Part shown: piece by piece, positions 29,141-39,301 of the stretch
Numbering within the stretch: the first letter of the stretch is position 1
How the letters are laid out: the number at the start of each line of letters is the position of its first letter
Virus record (IMG/VR): IMGVR_UViG_3300047322_001237
Location: 214,989 to 278,988 of that record
Strand: one strand, 5' to 3'
Length of the DNA stretch: 64,000 nucleotides
The notes under the pieces: model-generated
What the model was told of the DNA's origin: nothing
The model's database searches: none
The model's input: the letters and a program-made list of their open reading frames with translations, nothing else
Made by a program: the position numbers and the translations under genes

Positions 29141-29756
29141 ACTCGGGCTCGTCTCCCTGTGTCGATGCCGGTCCCGTCGCTTGCGCGGGAGCAGCGGCCG
29201 CTGCTTGTTCCGCCGCGAAAAGAGGAGGGCGACCGTACCGCGTCAGGATCTCGTTCCACACCACAGCATGTTTGTGGAGCTTGTCGCTCGTGTTCATGAT
29301 CGACGCGCGCTGACCCAAAACGTTGCGCAAATAATTCACACCCGCCATTGGGTGCAGATGCGAGTACTGATCCGCCAGCTTCACGACATCCTGAATCGGC
29401 GTTTGCCGCCGGTCCGCTGGATCGCGGACCGGGTTCACCCCCTGGTAGTCAAACAGGGGAGGTACCCGGAACAGCACTTTGTCGGTGCCCGGTTCGAACA
29501 CGTCGACGGATTTGTACGGTGTGCCGGCAATCGAGATCCAGTCAGCAACCGTGACCTTGTGCGGAAGTTCCTCGTCGCCGGCGAGGAGGGGCAGGAAGAC
29601 TTTCGAGAAGATGTCTTCCGGCAGACGCGCAACATCTTGCGATGCGATGACGTTGAGGCTGGCCGCGATCGTGTTGATGAAGTTCGCCTGGCCCTCGTCA
29701 CGACCGTACGTCGCGCGAGCGCGCGCTGCCTGAAACTTGTTCGCGGGCTGGTTCAT
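29127..29756 (-). CDS. conserved phiKZ-like hypothetical protein
   Basis: 209-aa ORF overlapping the nuclease start; phage-core codon style. Confidence 0.7.
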   Translation of the reverse strand: MNQPANKFQAARARATYGRDEGQANFINTIAASLNVIASQDVARLPEDIFSKVFLPLLAGDEELPHKVTVADWISIAGTPYKSVDVFEPGTDKVLFRVPPLFDYQGVNPVRDPADRRQTPIQDVVKLADQYSHLHPMAGVNYLRNVLGQRASIMNTSDKLHKHAVVWNEILTRYGRPPLFAAEQAAAAAPAQATGPASTQGDEPEYEDF

Positions 29757-29767
29757 GCGCGGACTCC

Positions 29768-30370
29768 TTAGTCAGCTGCGGGCGTCGGACCGTCAGAGAT
29801 ACCGGCCGCTTTGGGTTGCGACTTGGCGTAGCCGTTAGGATCTTCGAAAGCCTCGACGACGTTCGGCCTGAGAACGGTGAAGTACAGGAACTGCATGTTG
29901 CGCAACTGCAGCGCATGAGCTTGTCGCTTGAGCTCGGCTGCGATGGCAGGCGACGGCGTCTGCGGGATGTTCTCGTACGCGAAGCGGCCGCGTTCCTGAT
30001 AACAGAAGAGCTTGAAGTCGACGACAGCAACATCGTCGGGCTGCTGACCCATCATGGCGTCGTCGCCGTTCTCGAAGATCGGCGTGTAGACGATCACGAA
30101 GCAGTTATCTACCGCAATCGGGAACACCGTCTGAACGATGATCGAGCCGTCCTGCATCAGGTGCGGCTTGGTCAGCACTTCACTGGGTTTCAGTGCATGC
30201 GGCAGCTTGCGAAAGTCGAGGTACTCGTGTTGTTCGAAGTGGACGACGTCGAGGATCGACTTGTTGATTCGGCGGAACAGGCTTTCGAGCCATGCCGGTG
30301 CTTGGTTCGGGGTGGGCACCTCTTCGAACGCGGGACCCGGGGACGTGATGGGTTTGATGTCGGAGATCAT
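29768..30370 (-). CDS. hypothetical protein
   Basis: 200-aa ORF; start overlaps the upstream stop (ATGA). Confidence 0.7.
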   Translation of the reverse strand: MISDIKPITSPGPAFEEVPTPNQAPAWLESLFRRINKSILDVVHFEQHEYLDFRKLPHALKPSEVLTKPHLMQDGSIIVQTVFPIAVDNCFVIVYTPIFENGDDAMMGQQPDDVAVVDFKLFCYQERGRFAYENIPQTPSPAIAAELKRQAHALQLRNMQFLYFTVLRPNVVEAFEDPNGYAKSQPKAAGISDGPTPAAD

Positions 30371-30801
30371 GATGCTTGTTGGATGACGTTGGCTGCTACC
30401 GACTGTCCGGTGTTGTTCAAATTTACGGCTTTGATGAACTTGGAATTACTTGCCTGGATGAGTCCCGAATACGGGTACGTCACGCCGTCCTCAGTGACCT
30501 GCGCGTAAACCATCAAAGTCACGAGGCTCGTACCGTCGCTGTTGTCGCTTGCCACCTGAACGGTCGCGGCGTCGTAATAGCGATTGAGGTACGTTTCCAT
30601 CGCGACCTGAATGGCCTGACAGGTTCCCGGGATGTCACCAGCGTTCTGCTCAATCACTTTCTGAATGCTGGTGATGTTCCCTGGGTACGTGTACGTCTGG
30701 TTGCTCATCGACTCGTAGATGTGCGCCATCAACAAGTCGGCTTTCTGCTGCGGCGAAACAACCCAACCTGCAGTAGAAAGAGACGGCACGGGAGTTGGCA
30801 T
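30367..30801 (-). CDS. conserved phiKZ-like protein, possibly gp25-like baseplate fold
   Basis: 144 aa, VPSLSTAGWV...YLNRYYD. The fold assignment is inference. Confidence 0.55.
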   Translation of the reverse strand: MPTPVPSLSTAGWVVSPQQKADLLMAHIYESMSNQTYTYPGNITSIQKVIEQNAGDIPGTCQAIQVAMETYLNRYYDAATVQVASDNSDGTSLVTLMVYAQVTEDGVTYPYSGLIQASNSKFIKAVNLNNTGQSVAANVIQQAS

Positions 30802-30922
30802 GATTGGGGCTCACAGTATCAAAGGAAGACATAAAATCTGCCCATCGATACCGTCGACCAAGCAAAAAATAAAGGAGTACGAAGGCACGCCCGGAAGACT
30901 TTCATCTCCCGGACTTACCTTC

Positions 30923-31543
30923 TTACAGCCTTTCGTTCCACTTCGAAGTCGGATCGTCCTGACCAATCTCGACATACGCGCGGATCACGTCGTGAGTGTT
31001 GAGGATGTCTGCCTTCTCCTCGAACTCCAGCTCGCGATCGCCTTCGTGAATCTCGTCAAGATAGTGATGAACGACCCAGCCACCGTCTTCCGTATCCTCC
31101 ACCACGCCGTGATGAATCCTGCGCCAATCGTAATGCTCCACACCACGACGACCCGGCTCGACGTCGAAGTACGTCTGCGAGTAACCATCGCATCGCTGCT
31201 GGTGATAGAGCGTACGCACATCTTCCTGCGCCATAATCCAGCGCTGCATCGTGAGCGGGGCATGCTGCAACCGACCCAGATCCCAGATGCTCTGGATCCT
31301 GTCGCTCATGAACAAGCTATCGAACTTACGCGTCGCTGCTCGCGCAATCCGCATTGCTTCCGAACTGTTGAAGCTGTCGTACAGATGCTTCGCCGAGTTG
31401 AAGAACGCCTGACCGAACTCCGTCAACGCTCCGCTGAACTGCTGCACCTGGTTCTCCAGAAACGCGAGGGTGCCCGGATGCTTCTGGGCGCCATACACGA
31501 GACTGTTGAACGTCTGGGTATTACCCTGAACGATCATTACCAT
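30923..31543 (-). CDS. conserved phiKZ-like hypothetical protein
   Basis: 206-aa ORF directly downstream of the beta' N-terminal subunit. Confidence 0.7.
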   Translation of the reverse strand: MVMIVQGNTQTFNSLVYGAQKHPGTLAFLENQVQQFSGALTEFGQAFFNSAKHLYDSFNSSEAMRIARAATRKFDSLFMSDRIQSIWDLGRLQHAPLTMQRWIMAQEDVRTLYHQQRCDGYSQTYFDVEPGRRGVEHYDWRRIHHGVVEDTEDGGWVVHHYLDEIHEGDRELEFEEKADILNTHDVIRAYVEIGQDDPTSKWNERL

Positions 31544-31556
31544 TTCTCACCTCGCG

Positions 31557-33086
31557 TTAATGAATAGCCGGAACCGGTTCCGCAGCCGGCGGCGCTTCGG
31601 GAATCGCTGCCATGCGACGCAGAACTTCCGGATCGGCTTGTTCCGGTTCGTCCCAGTGAATCCAGTTGCTGATCGTCGCGATCACGGTCTTGGGCATCGA
31701 CAGATTGCGCGACACGGTACGCGGTGCGTTCATGTCGAACACGCTCTGATGCGGTGCCAGTCGATACAGCTCTTCGGCCGTCACGAAGTCGAGCGACAAC
31801 GTTGCGTTGAGCTGGTCGCCGTCGAAGTCCGCGTTGAAGCCGACCACCGACAGAATGCTCATCGAGATCGTCGGGATCGCCGGTTCGCTCTTCACCTTCG
31901 TGATGAACATGGCCTGCGCCGATGAACGCGCCAGCGACGGATTGCGTTGCAGCACGATCGGGACGCCCTTGTACGGGGAACGCTCGATGAAGTCGTGGAA
32001 CATCTGGTCGAGCATCGGACAGTACTTCGCCGCGTGGTCGAGCAGGTACGCATCCGCTTCCGACGGCGTCATGCCTTGACGCATCATGCGGTTCTTCAGA
32101 TGCAACTCGAACACGGCAATGCCGATGCCCCACGGGATGTGAACTTCGTCGTAGTCGTGGCGATCCGTGAGCGAACTGATCACCGCACGGAAGCTGAAAT
32201 GTGCCCGCGTACCATAGACGTGCTTGCGGAAGATGCCTTCCTTCTTCGCCAGCACCGTGCGCATCGTCTCGTCGTAATACTGCGACGTCTGGATGATCAT
32301 CTTGATCGTGCGGTTCTCTTTCACTCGTTCGGAGTGGACGGAGAGCGGCGCGTCAATGCCGACCATCATCAGAATCGCGTCCACAGCAACAGGAGCGGTC
32401 GCGTCCGTGTACGAGCCGTGATTCGTGTCTTCCAACACGAGCAGTGAACGGTTCGGCAGCGGCAGGTATTTCGAGAAGACGCAATCGCGCTGTTCTTGCA
32501 GCAGCTGCTTGAGCGGAGCGAGCTTCTTCTTGCTGTAGAACTTCAGATTGAACATGAAGTCCATGATCTGATCGAAGTTCTCGACGAAGTTGTTGTAGCC
32601 GCGCGGGATGTTCGCCTTGCGGATGTAGTCCATCACAGGCGGCTCTTTCACGGTCGCCTTGTAATTGACGTCGACGATCCAGCGCATCACGTCGAAGTTG
32701 CTCTTCTCGAAGCGCTCCGCGATCATCGTCCAGACCGTCGGATTGATCAGGGCCGTGACACCCTTCGGTGCGCGCAGCCAAATCAGCGGTTCGAGATCGC
32801 GCTGATGCGGTGCCGTCACTTCGGTGTGGCAGTCCGGGCATTCCACGGCCTTGATGTACTTCCCGTCACCGAGCTTATCGACGCCGACCGTGTTGCCGCA
32901 GTCACACGAGGGGATGTTCGAGAGCAGATCCGAGTTGATCAGATCGTACTTCGTGAAAATCAGGTTGTAGATGTGTTCTTTTTCCTCTTCGGAAGTATCC
33001 GAGAGGTCGTTGATGATGATCGGTTCCTTGGACGAGAAGTGATTGAACACTTCGTCTTGGTTCACGAGTTGGAGGAATACGCCCAC
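31557..33086 (-). CDS. non-virion RNA polymerase beta' N-terminal/catalytic subunit (phiKZ gp55-like)
   Basis: Catalytic NADFDGD motif, Zn-finger CDCG...CPDC and QRNPSL; immediately downstream of chimallin. Confidence 0.95.
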   Translation of the reverse strand: MGVFLQLVNQDEVFNHFSSKEPIIINDLSDTSEEEKEHIYNLIFTKYDLINSDLLSNIPSCDCGNTVGVDKLGDGKYIKAVECPDCHTEVTAPHQRDLEPLIWLRAPKGVTALINPTVWTMIAERFEKSNFDVMRWIVDVNYKATVKEPPVMDYIRKANIPRGYNNFVENFDQIMDFMFNLKFYSKKKLAPLKQLLQEQRDCVFSKYLPLPNRSLLVLEDTNHGSYTDATAPVAVDAILMMVGIDAPLSVHSERVKENRTIKMIIQTSQYYDETMRTVLAKKEGIFRKHVYGTRAHFSFRAVISSLTDRHDYDEVHIPWGIGIAVFELHLKNRMMRQGMTPSEADAYLLDHAAKYCPMLDQMFHDFIERSPYKGVPIVLQRNPSLARSSAQAMFITKVKSEPAIPTISMSILSVVGFNADFDGDQLNATLSLDFVTAEELYRLAPHQSVFDMNAPRTVSRNLSMPKTVIATISNWIHWDEPEQADPEVLRRMAAIPEAPPAAEPVPAIH

Positions 33087-33193
33087 CGTGTTCTCCTTGC
33101 TTGGTGCAACTGCTTGATTGGGGATCGTGTTGCTACGTTGCTGCTTACGATTGCTGGGGGAAATAAAATTCGCCTTGCAATCTATTCACGGTA

Positions 33194-33201
33194 GTGATAT
33201 A
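33194..33201 (-). promoter_or_regulatory. putative early promoter motif TATATCAC
   Basis: 107 bp upstream of the beta' N-terminal start; context AGTGATATATCGCC. Confidence 0.55.
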
Positions 33202-33431
33202 TCGCCAAGTTTCGTTTCAACCGTCTGGAAACCGGCGTCATCTGCGATGCTTAAGGCTGCACCGACTTCTCCTCCTCAGGCGTCTCATCGAGGAGCGCGA
33301 CGTTCGAGGAGGTGCCGCGAAGGAGCCAAGCAATCGTGATTGCCAACACCAACCAACCTGCACCAAACAACATCCAAGCGTTCATCTTGTTTCTCTTATT
33401 GCTCGCGGTGGTCTATCCGCGTTGCATGAAC

Positions 33432-33481
33432 CAAAAAAAAAATACGGCATAAAGAGAGGGGAGAGGGCTTTCGCCCCCTCC
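33432..33481 (-). terminator. chimallin terminator: GAAA-loop hairpin + TTATGCCG + T10
   Basis: Minus strand: GGAGGGGGC-GAAA-GCCCTCTCC ... TTTATGCCGTA followed by ten Ts. Confidence 0.85.
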
Positions 33482-33524
33482 GCTCAAACTGCACCTCGCA
33501 TGAGCGAGGCGCAGGCACTACTGC

Positions 33525-35492
33525 TTACTGGTTGGACCAGCGGCTGAAGCCAGCGCGGGCGCCGTACTGCTGTTGTTGCGGGTGCGCGAAGCCGCGGTTG
33601 AACACCGAGCCGTTCATCGAGCCCGTATCCAGACCAGCCGACACTGCGTACGGGTTCACCGCGCGCTCGTACTGGTTCAGATCCGTCATCGGGGCGATGG
33701 TGCGCACCGACAGACCCGTGTCCTTGCATGCGTTCAGCAGCGCGACGATGAACGCCGGCTCGAAAGTCACGCGGCGTGCGAAGCCGGTGAACTCGACGTT
33801 GTTCTTGCCGAGGATGCCTTCGATGATGTGCTTGCGCTTCGCCAGACGAACTTGCAGGTCCAGGTTCGTGCGTGCGAACGTATCCGACCATTCGCGTGCA
33901 ACTTCCGGATCGCGATCGCCGACCATGTTGAGCACGGCCAGGTAGTCGATCTCGCGGAGGTCGCGCTTCACGCCGTGACGGTCGACGTACCAACCCAGGT
34001 GGATGCGGTTGAATTCGTCGGACGCCACGCGGCCGCCGGCCTGGAAGTAACGGCTGAAGTTGCCGTGCGTGAGCACGTTCGCCGCGCGGATGATGATTTC
34101 ATTCGCTTTCTGCCAGTTGTTGCCGCTCAGCTCAGCAGCTGCTGCGAAGATGCCGTTGAACCAGGTCTGCGGACCGCACTCGGGCACGTCCAGCGAGAGG
34201 ATGAGCTTCGGCGTGATGACCGAGCCAACCAGACGCAGGAGGTGGTCGCTCGTCTGACCTTGACCGCGCTGGAACGCATCCGACTTCGTGTCGACGCGCG
34301 AGCCGAAGCCGTTCGGGTTCTTCTCGAAGTTCGCTTCGATGCCGATGGCGCCGATGTCCTTCCAGTCGATTTCCGCGCTGTTGCTCATCGGTGCCGGACG
34401 GAATGCCTCGACCCATGCGTGGTTGTCGGCCAGCGTGAACGCCGTCACGAGCGCCAGCAGCTGCGCCGGAATCGTGAGCAGCTTGACCGACTCGAGATCG
34501 GTCATCACGAAACGCGGACGGTAGCGCTTGAACTCGTCCGGCGACGACGGCTGAGCCGTCTGCTGGACCCACGGGTCGAAGCGTTGCGTCTGCTGTTCGG
34601 TCGGCGCCCACACGAGGTCCATGTAGCCGCTGATGCGCGAGATCTGCGACACACGCTGGGTCACGCCTTGCTGGCCCGGGATTTCCTGCCCGCCTGCGCG
34701 GAAGTCGATGACGATGTCCGAACGGATCGGTGCGCCGACCATGTCACGCGACTGGCCGTTGCCGAACGTCGGCTGAACGGTCAGCGAGTTCTCTTGCTCG
34801 ACGGTGCCCAGGTCCAGGTCCTGGAAGCCGCCCGGCTGACGCACTTCGAGTTCGGTCTGGCACGCCGTTGCAGCGTTCGCTGCCAGCTCGTGAACCAGCG
34901 TCACGTCGTCGACGTTGAAGTCACGCGGCACCACGCATGCGTCCACCGGCCAAATCGGCATGCCCGGGAACGTGCGCGACACGGCGGCGAGCACTTCGTC
35001 CGACAGCGTCTTGTTGTTGACGTCGCCGGTCACGCGCAGGATTTCCGTGTTCGTGTTGTTGATCATCTGGTACGCGACCTGCAGCGGCTCGCTCGAGCCT
35101 TCCAGAATCAGGGTGTGACATGCCACGCCCGTTTCCTTGTTCATCAGGTCACGCATCGCGACGACGATCACCGACTTCACGAGCGACTGCGTGTTGTTGT
35201 AGTCGATCGGGATGAGCGTGACTTCGTAGCTCTTGTCGACGCCGGCGAACACTTCGGTCAGTGCCTTCTCGAGTTTCGTGATGACTTCGCTCTGCGGATT
35301 GCGACCCATGGCGGCACGCGAGAGGCTGCCCAGGTCGGACAGGCGGGTGCGTTGCGTCGGGCGCTGCGCTGCGCTCGGGGCGGCTTGCTGCTGGGCTTGC
35401 GCCGACTGCTCCATCTGACGGCTGAATGCAGCGCCCATCGAGGTTTCTGCTGCTGCGCCTTGCTTGCTGCCGTTGGTGTTGTTCACTGCCAT
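33525..35492 (-). CDS. chmA: chimallin, phage nuclear shell protein
   Basis: 655 aa directly upstream of the NADFDGD subunit. Segments FVMTDLE, LSLDVPECGPQTW, IDYLAVLN and GFARRVTFEPAFIVAL match my recollection of ChmA; disordered termini. Confidence 0.85.
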   Translation of the reverse strand: MAVNNTNGSKQGAAAETSMGAAFSRQMEQSAQAQQQAAPSAAQRPTQRTRLSDLGSLSRAAMGRNPQSEVITKLEKALTEVFAGVDKSYEVTLIPIDYNNTQSLVKSVIVVAMRDLMNKETGVACHTLILEGSSEPLQVAYQMINNTNTEILRVTGDVNNKTLSDEVLAAVSRTFPGMPIWPVDACVVPRDFNVDDVTLVHELAANAATACQTELEVRQPGGFQDLDLGTVEQENSLTVQPTFGNGQSRDMVGAPIRSDIVIDFRAGGQEIPGQQGVTQRVSQISRISGYMDLVWAPTEQQTQRFDPWVQQTAQPSSPDEFKRYRPRFVMTDLESVKLLTIPAQLLALVTAFTLADNHAWVEAFRPAPMSNSAEIDWKDIGAIGIEANFEKNPNGFGSRVDTKSDAFQRGQGQTSDHLLRLVGSVITPKLILSLDVPECGPQTWFNGIFAAAAELSGNNWQKANEIIIRAANVLTHGNFSRYFQAGGRVASDEFNRIHLGWYVDRHGVKRDLREIDYLAVLNMVGDRDPEVAREWSDTFARTNLDLQVRLAKRKHIIEGILGKNNVEFTGFARRVTFEPAFIVALLNACKDTGLSVRTIAPMTDLNQYERAVNPYAVSAGLDTGSMNGSVFNRGFAHPQQQQYGARAGFSRWSNQ

Positions 35493-35567
35493 GGTAGTTT
35501 CCTTTTCTTTTCTAAATCAGGTTAATGATCGCGCGAACACTAATCTTTTCTGTCTAGTGTCAGGGTG

Positions 35568-35575
35568 GTGATATG
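35568..35575 (-). promoter_or_regulatory. putative early promoter motif CATATCAC
   Basis: 75 bp upstream of the chmA start. Confidence 0.55.
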
Positions 35576-36681
35576 TGCCTGAAACTATTTAGAATCAGCG
35601 TCGCCGAAGTCTTCTTGCGGACGTGTCTAAGCACTCCTCAACGAGGAGAAAAACTGTCAACGGGGATTACGGGGTTGCCGGAACGGCGGATGTCTCTCGA
35701 CAGGCCGTCGGGTCAGATTGGTTAGATCTTCTCCTACAACATATACCGAATGCCGTAAATTTTTACTGCTGTTGGGTCTTCAGTCTCGATTAACGTAGCG
35801 CGTGTGCGTGGTCGGTATGTTCGCGGTAAGTCGGTTGGTATTTTTGCAGTTGGGCAGTGCGCAGGGGGCGTTCGAATTTCTTTAGATGTGCAGCGAAAGC
35901 AGGGTCGACAGTTCAGCAGATAAGTAGTTGTAACATGGCGGTCAAAGTTACCTACGGGTTAACGCGTAGTGCACCGTGAACGAGCACGCACTTTACTCCT
36001 TATCTGAGACAAACTGTGTCACGAAATCAAAATATTTTATTGCTATCTTTGGCTCTAAAGAATCATAATGAAAGGTAGCTTTCGAATGTGACCCTTAGCC
36101 CGGCTGAGCATTCGTAAAACAAGGGGATCATCTGCTCGCGAAGCTTTCAGCCCATGTTTCAAGGGGGTTGCGTTGTTGCGCTGCTTGCACACTCTTAAAC
36201 GATCGTTGACAAAACTGCGATTTGTCCTACTTTTGAGTAGGTGTAATGCACGACTAAGAATCGGCGGTGCACGGATATAGTGCAGTGATTATTACGATTT
36301 CCCTACGTGCGCGCGATCGGAATCGCCGCGAAAAACTTGAGCGCCAAATGGTCGCTGTCAACAAGAAAAGTTACACGTAGCGGTAAAAGGTACCTTATCG
36401 GACACAGCAATTGATCGTGACGAACGTCCCGCTTTGAGCTATCTTGACGCCGCCTCGGGCTATCGCCTCAGCCCATTCCCGGTCTGTCATATTTGCGAAT
36501 AGCCCATATCGAATGTTCCGAATCAGTTCACCGTAAAACACCGGATGGGAGTATCGGTCGGATTGTTTTGGCCTGTCCGCATAATCGGCGCGATTATCCG
36601 AGATTCTGCTTATCGGCCTGCGCCGACTAACCGAATCGTTAATCCCGACTCGCCTCTCCCGTATCAAATTTCGTTTCGCCA

Positions 36682-37077
36682 CTATCGATGCTCCCACCAT
36701 TTTCGACCGCGGGCATTCTGGGACGCCTTCGCAGCTTCCCGTTTTTTGCGTGCGATTTTGTTCCTCTTTTTCGGATCTTGTTCGTCTAGGACTTCTGCGG
36801 GAACGGGCACGTTGTAGGTGTGATTCCAGAGGGCCACCTGGTCGAACGTAATGCGTCCCGTCATCTGCATACCTGCGGGGTTCATGCTGAACGCCGCCAC
36901 GCCAGTTCCGGTAGCCAATGCAGGAGGCAGATGATCATGCATGCGCTGACGCATTTCAGCCATGCTCATTTCTATCGGCACCCAGATGGGTGGCTGCTCT
37001 ATAGCGCGCAAAGTCTTCCAGACAAAGTCGTCCTTGTGCGGTGCGAGGATCACGATCATTTTCGTCGGTTCCACCAC
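36682..37077 (-). CDS. hypothetical protein
   Basis: 131-aa ORF with GAGAGG RBS and a basic C-terminus. Confidence 0.6.
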   Translation of the reverse strand: MVEPTKMIVILAPHKDDFVWKTLRAIEQPPIWVPIEMSMAEMRQRMHDHLPPALATGTGVAAFSMNPAGMQMTGRITFDQVALWNHTYNVPVPAEVLDEQDPKKRNKIARKKREAAKASQNARGRKWWEHR

Positions 37078-37191
37078 TGACCTCTCTTGTTCGATGTATC
37101 CCGTTGGCCGCGTCGCTCGGCGCGGTTGCTAAAGTTCGGTGGAGGAAGCAGCTGGCCGAAGCCGTCCCGGCCGTTCATGTCAATAAAGGTC

Positions 37192-37671
37192 TCATCCAAC
37201 CCGTATAACGTCGTCGCGCTGTTGTTCGCTGCGGCCGTGAGCAGGGTCAACGATCGTAGAGTTTGTAGATTCCGGTTGCGTCGCATACTCGTCTCGTATT
37301 CCGCTGAAGTGTTCGTTGAAGAAGGGCACTGTGAAATGCGCTACCGTGAGGCGGTCGATGAACCACTCGCGCTCCGGTTCCTCTTCCTTCGCTGCTTTCT
37401 TCGCGAATAGGGAGAACGTCTCCGCCTCCACGTCGATTTCCAGATCGATGTAGTAGCGGCGACGGGCCCACCAATAGAAGCCGATCTTTCCGGTATTACT
37501 GATCATCGGACCTGGCAGCGGGAACCCTTCTGGAATTGTTCGCAGGAACTCGCAAGCAAGCAAGACAGCACGTGTAGAAGGCGGCTTGCTATCCACCGTT
37601 CCGGCCCAACCCGGTTTCAAGAAGTTGTAGCTCAGCACTTCGCGCATGAGCTCATCGAGCGTCTTCATCGC
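37192..37671 (-). CDS. hypothetical protein
   Basis: Probable start MKTLDELMREV, overlapping the upstream stop; no recognisable family. Confidence 0.55.
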   Translation of the reverse strand, partial: AMKTLDELMREVLSYNFLKPGWAGTVDSKPPSTRAVLLACEFLRTIPEGFPLPGPMISNTGKIGFYWWARRRYYIDLEIDVEAETFSLFAKKAAKEEEPEREWFIDRLTVAHFTVPFFNEHFSGIRDEYATQPESTNSTIVDPAHGRSEQQRDDVIRVG

Positions 37672-37922
37672 CTGCGATCCCATTTCGATTGTTCCCACCA
37701 ACGGCGACCGGCGGCATTGTGTGTCTTCTTGTTTCCGAGGGCGCGGGCGCGGGCGCGGAGTTCATCCGGCGTCTCCGGTTCTGCACATTCGAGGAGATCG
37801 AGGTAGCTGTCGCGACTCATAGGGGCGAGATCGCCAAAGGTCATCTGCTGGATGACCTCGGCGCCTGACAGACGAACGGTCACCTTCTGACCGCGGCGCA
37901 GCTCGGGCTGCATCGCTCGGGG
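37665..37922 (-). CDS. hypothetical protein
   Basis: Small ORF (start uncertain); its C-terminus GRRWWEQ resembles GRKWWEH of the 36682-37077 product. Confidence 0.5.
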   Translation of the reverse strand, partial: PRAMQPELRRGQKVTVRLSGAEVIQQMTFGDLAPMSRDSYLDLLECAEPETPDELRARARALGNKKTHNAAGRRWWEQSKWDRRR

Positions 37923-37993
37923 TGGATAGATCTTGTTCACGGATTGCGTTCTCAATTTTATGAACCTTCAAATTTCCAACTGGATGCGGCGCT

Positions 37994-39121
37994 ATGCACA
38001 CGCTTTTCAATCTGGTGCCTCGGGCGCTCCAAGGCATCCAAGTTCCGCCCTTATGGCCGTATGTTCGGGAAGGCCTCACGCGCAACATCGCGCAGGTGAT
38101 CGGCTACTACCGGAACGCGCCGATGGCCGTGAAGGGCAATCACATCCTGGTGAAGCTCATCCAAACGGTGAACGTGCCGCTGTCGCACAATCTCGAGCGC
38201 TACTACGCGAACGTCGATGCCGTTTCATTAAATCGGGCGACGGCGTTAAAAATGACTTCGTCCATCAATCCGGGACGACTGTTCGACGGTGACTTCTACG
38301 GACCTGGGCACGACGAGATCGTGATCGCGCACACCGAGCCGTTCGACTTCGATCGAGCCGACCGGGACTGGAAGAATGTGACGCCGGTGCGTGTGCTTCG
38401 GCACCCGAGAAGCGATCTCTATCTGAACTTGCCGAACGGCCATATGACTGGCACCGAGACGGGGATCGTCGTCATTGCGATCAACATCCCGATGCTCATG
38501 GTTCAGTACCGGGCGTTCCGGCGCGAGCAGGACCAGATCACGGGCGGACTGGACAGCGAGAAGTCCACGATGATGTTCGTGCACATGTACCTTCTGCCGA
38601 ACATGCTCTTCAGTCACATCGACCAAGCCCTGTTTAATCGGGTTCGCAAGCTGCGTTCAGGCGAAGAGATCGGACAATCGATCAAACGCCATCCCTTTGC
38701 GCTCATCGACTACACAGCCAAGGTGGACAGCTGCTACGACATCGTTCTCGATAACCTGACGAAGACAGGCAAGAACTTCGTGGGTGTGCTCCAGAGCGTG
38801 CCGGCTGTCGTGAAGGAGAACATGGAGCTGGCGATGCACGTCCCGGAAATGGCACCGACTCGACAAGTGATGTGGGGTCTCGCGATCTCGCGACTTCCCG
38901 CACTGGACTTCGTGCTGACGATGGCGAAGGACACGCCAGAGACTCGCAATCAGGCGGACCTCAACCTGGTCAACCGGACGTTCCTCGGATGGTCTCAAGA
39001 ACGGCTGTTTGAGGGCGTCATGGATCCGCTGGTCCAGCAAGACGTCATAGAGGAGCTAAATGGAATCCTCGCGAAGGCGAACCCTTCGAGGACTCCATCC
39101 AGCTCAGCGGCGTCGATGTGA
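37994..39121 (+). CDS. conserved phiKZ-like protein (gp52-like position, probable virion protein)
   Basis: 375 aa on the opposite strand, between DNA polymerase and chimallin. Confidence 0.7.
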   Translation: MHTLFNLVPRALQGIQVPPLWPYVREGLTRNIAQVIGYYRNAPMAVKGNHILVKLIQTVNVPLSHNLERYYANVDAVSLNRATALKMTSSINPGRLFDGDFYGPGHDEIVIAHTEPFDFDRADRDWKNVTPVRVLRHPRSDLYLNLPNGHMTGTETGIVVIAINIPMLMVQYRAFRREQDQITGGLDSEKSTMMFVHMYLLPNMLFSHIDQALFNRVRKLRSGEEIGQSIKRHPFALIDYTAKVDSCYDIVLDNLTKTGKNFVGVLQSVPAVVKENMELAMHVPEMAPTRQVMWGLAISRLPALDFVLTMAKDTPETRNQADLNLVNRTFLGWSQERLFEGVMDPLVQQDVIEELNGILAKANPSRTPSSSAASM

Positions 39122-39301
39122 CGAACGCTTCTTTGAGTTGCGGCAGAACAAGTGCAGCACACAGGTGACACACCACGCGATCTGTCCGACGGTCATGCCA
39201 TCGTCTGCGCTGAAGCCGAGTCGACGACCCAGCTCCATGCCGGCGACGCTGGCCACGACGAAAGAGCCGAAGAAGATGAGTGTTGCCTTATCCTCCCGCA
39301 T
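39104..39301 (-). CDS. small two-TM membrane protein
   Basis: 65 aa with two hydrophobic segments and a basic tail; overlaps its neighbours. Confidence 0.4.
   Translation of the reverse strand: MREDKATLIFFGSFVVASVAGMELGRRLGFSADDGMTVGQIAWCVTCVLHLFCRNSKKRSSHRRR

Noticed and set aside
39104-39301. Possible holin
   Set aside because: Two TM segments and a basic tail fit, but no endolysin or spanin is nearby; kept only as a small membrane protein.
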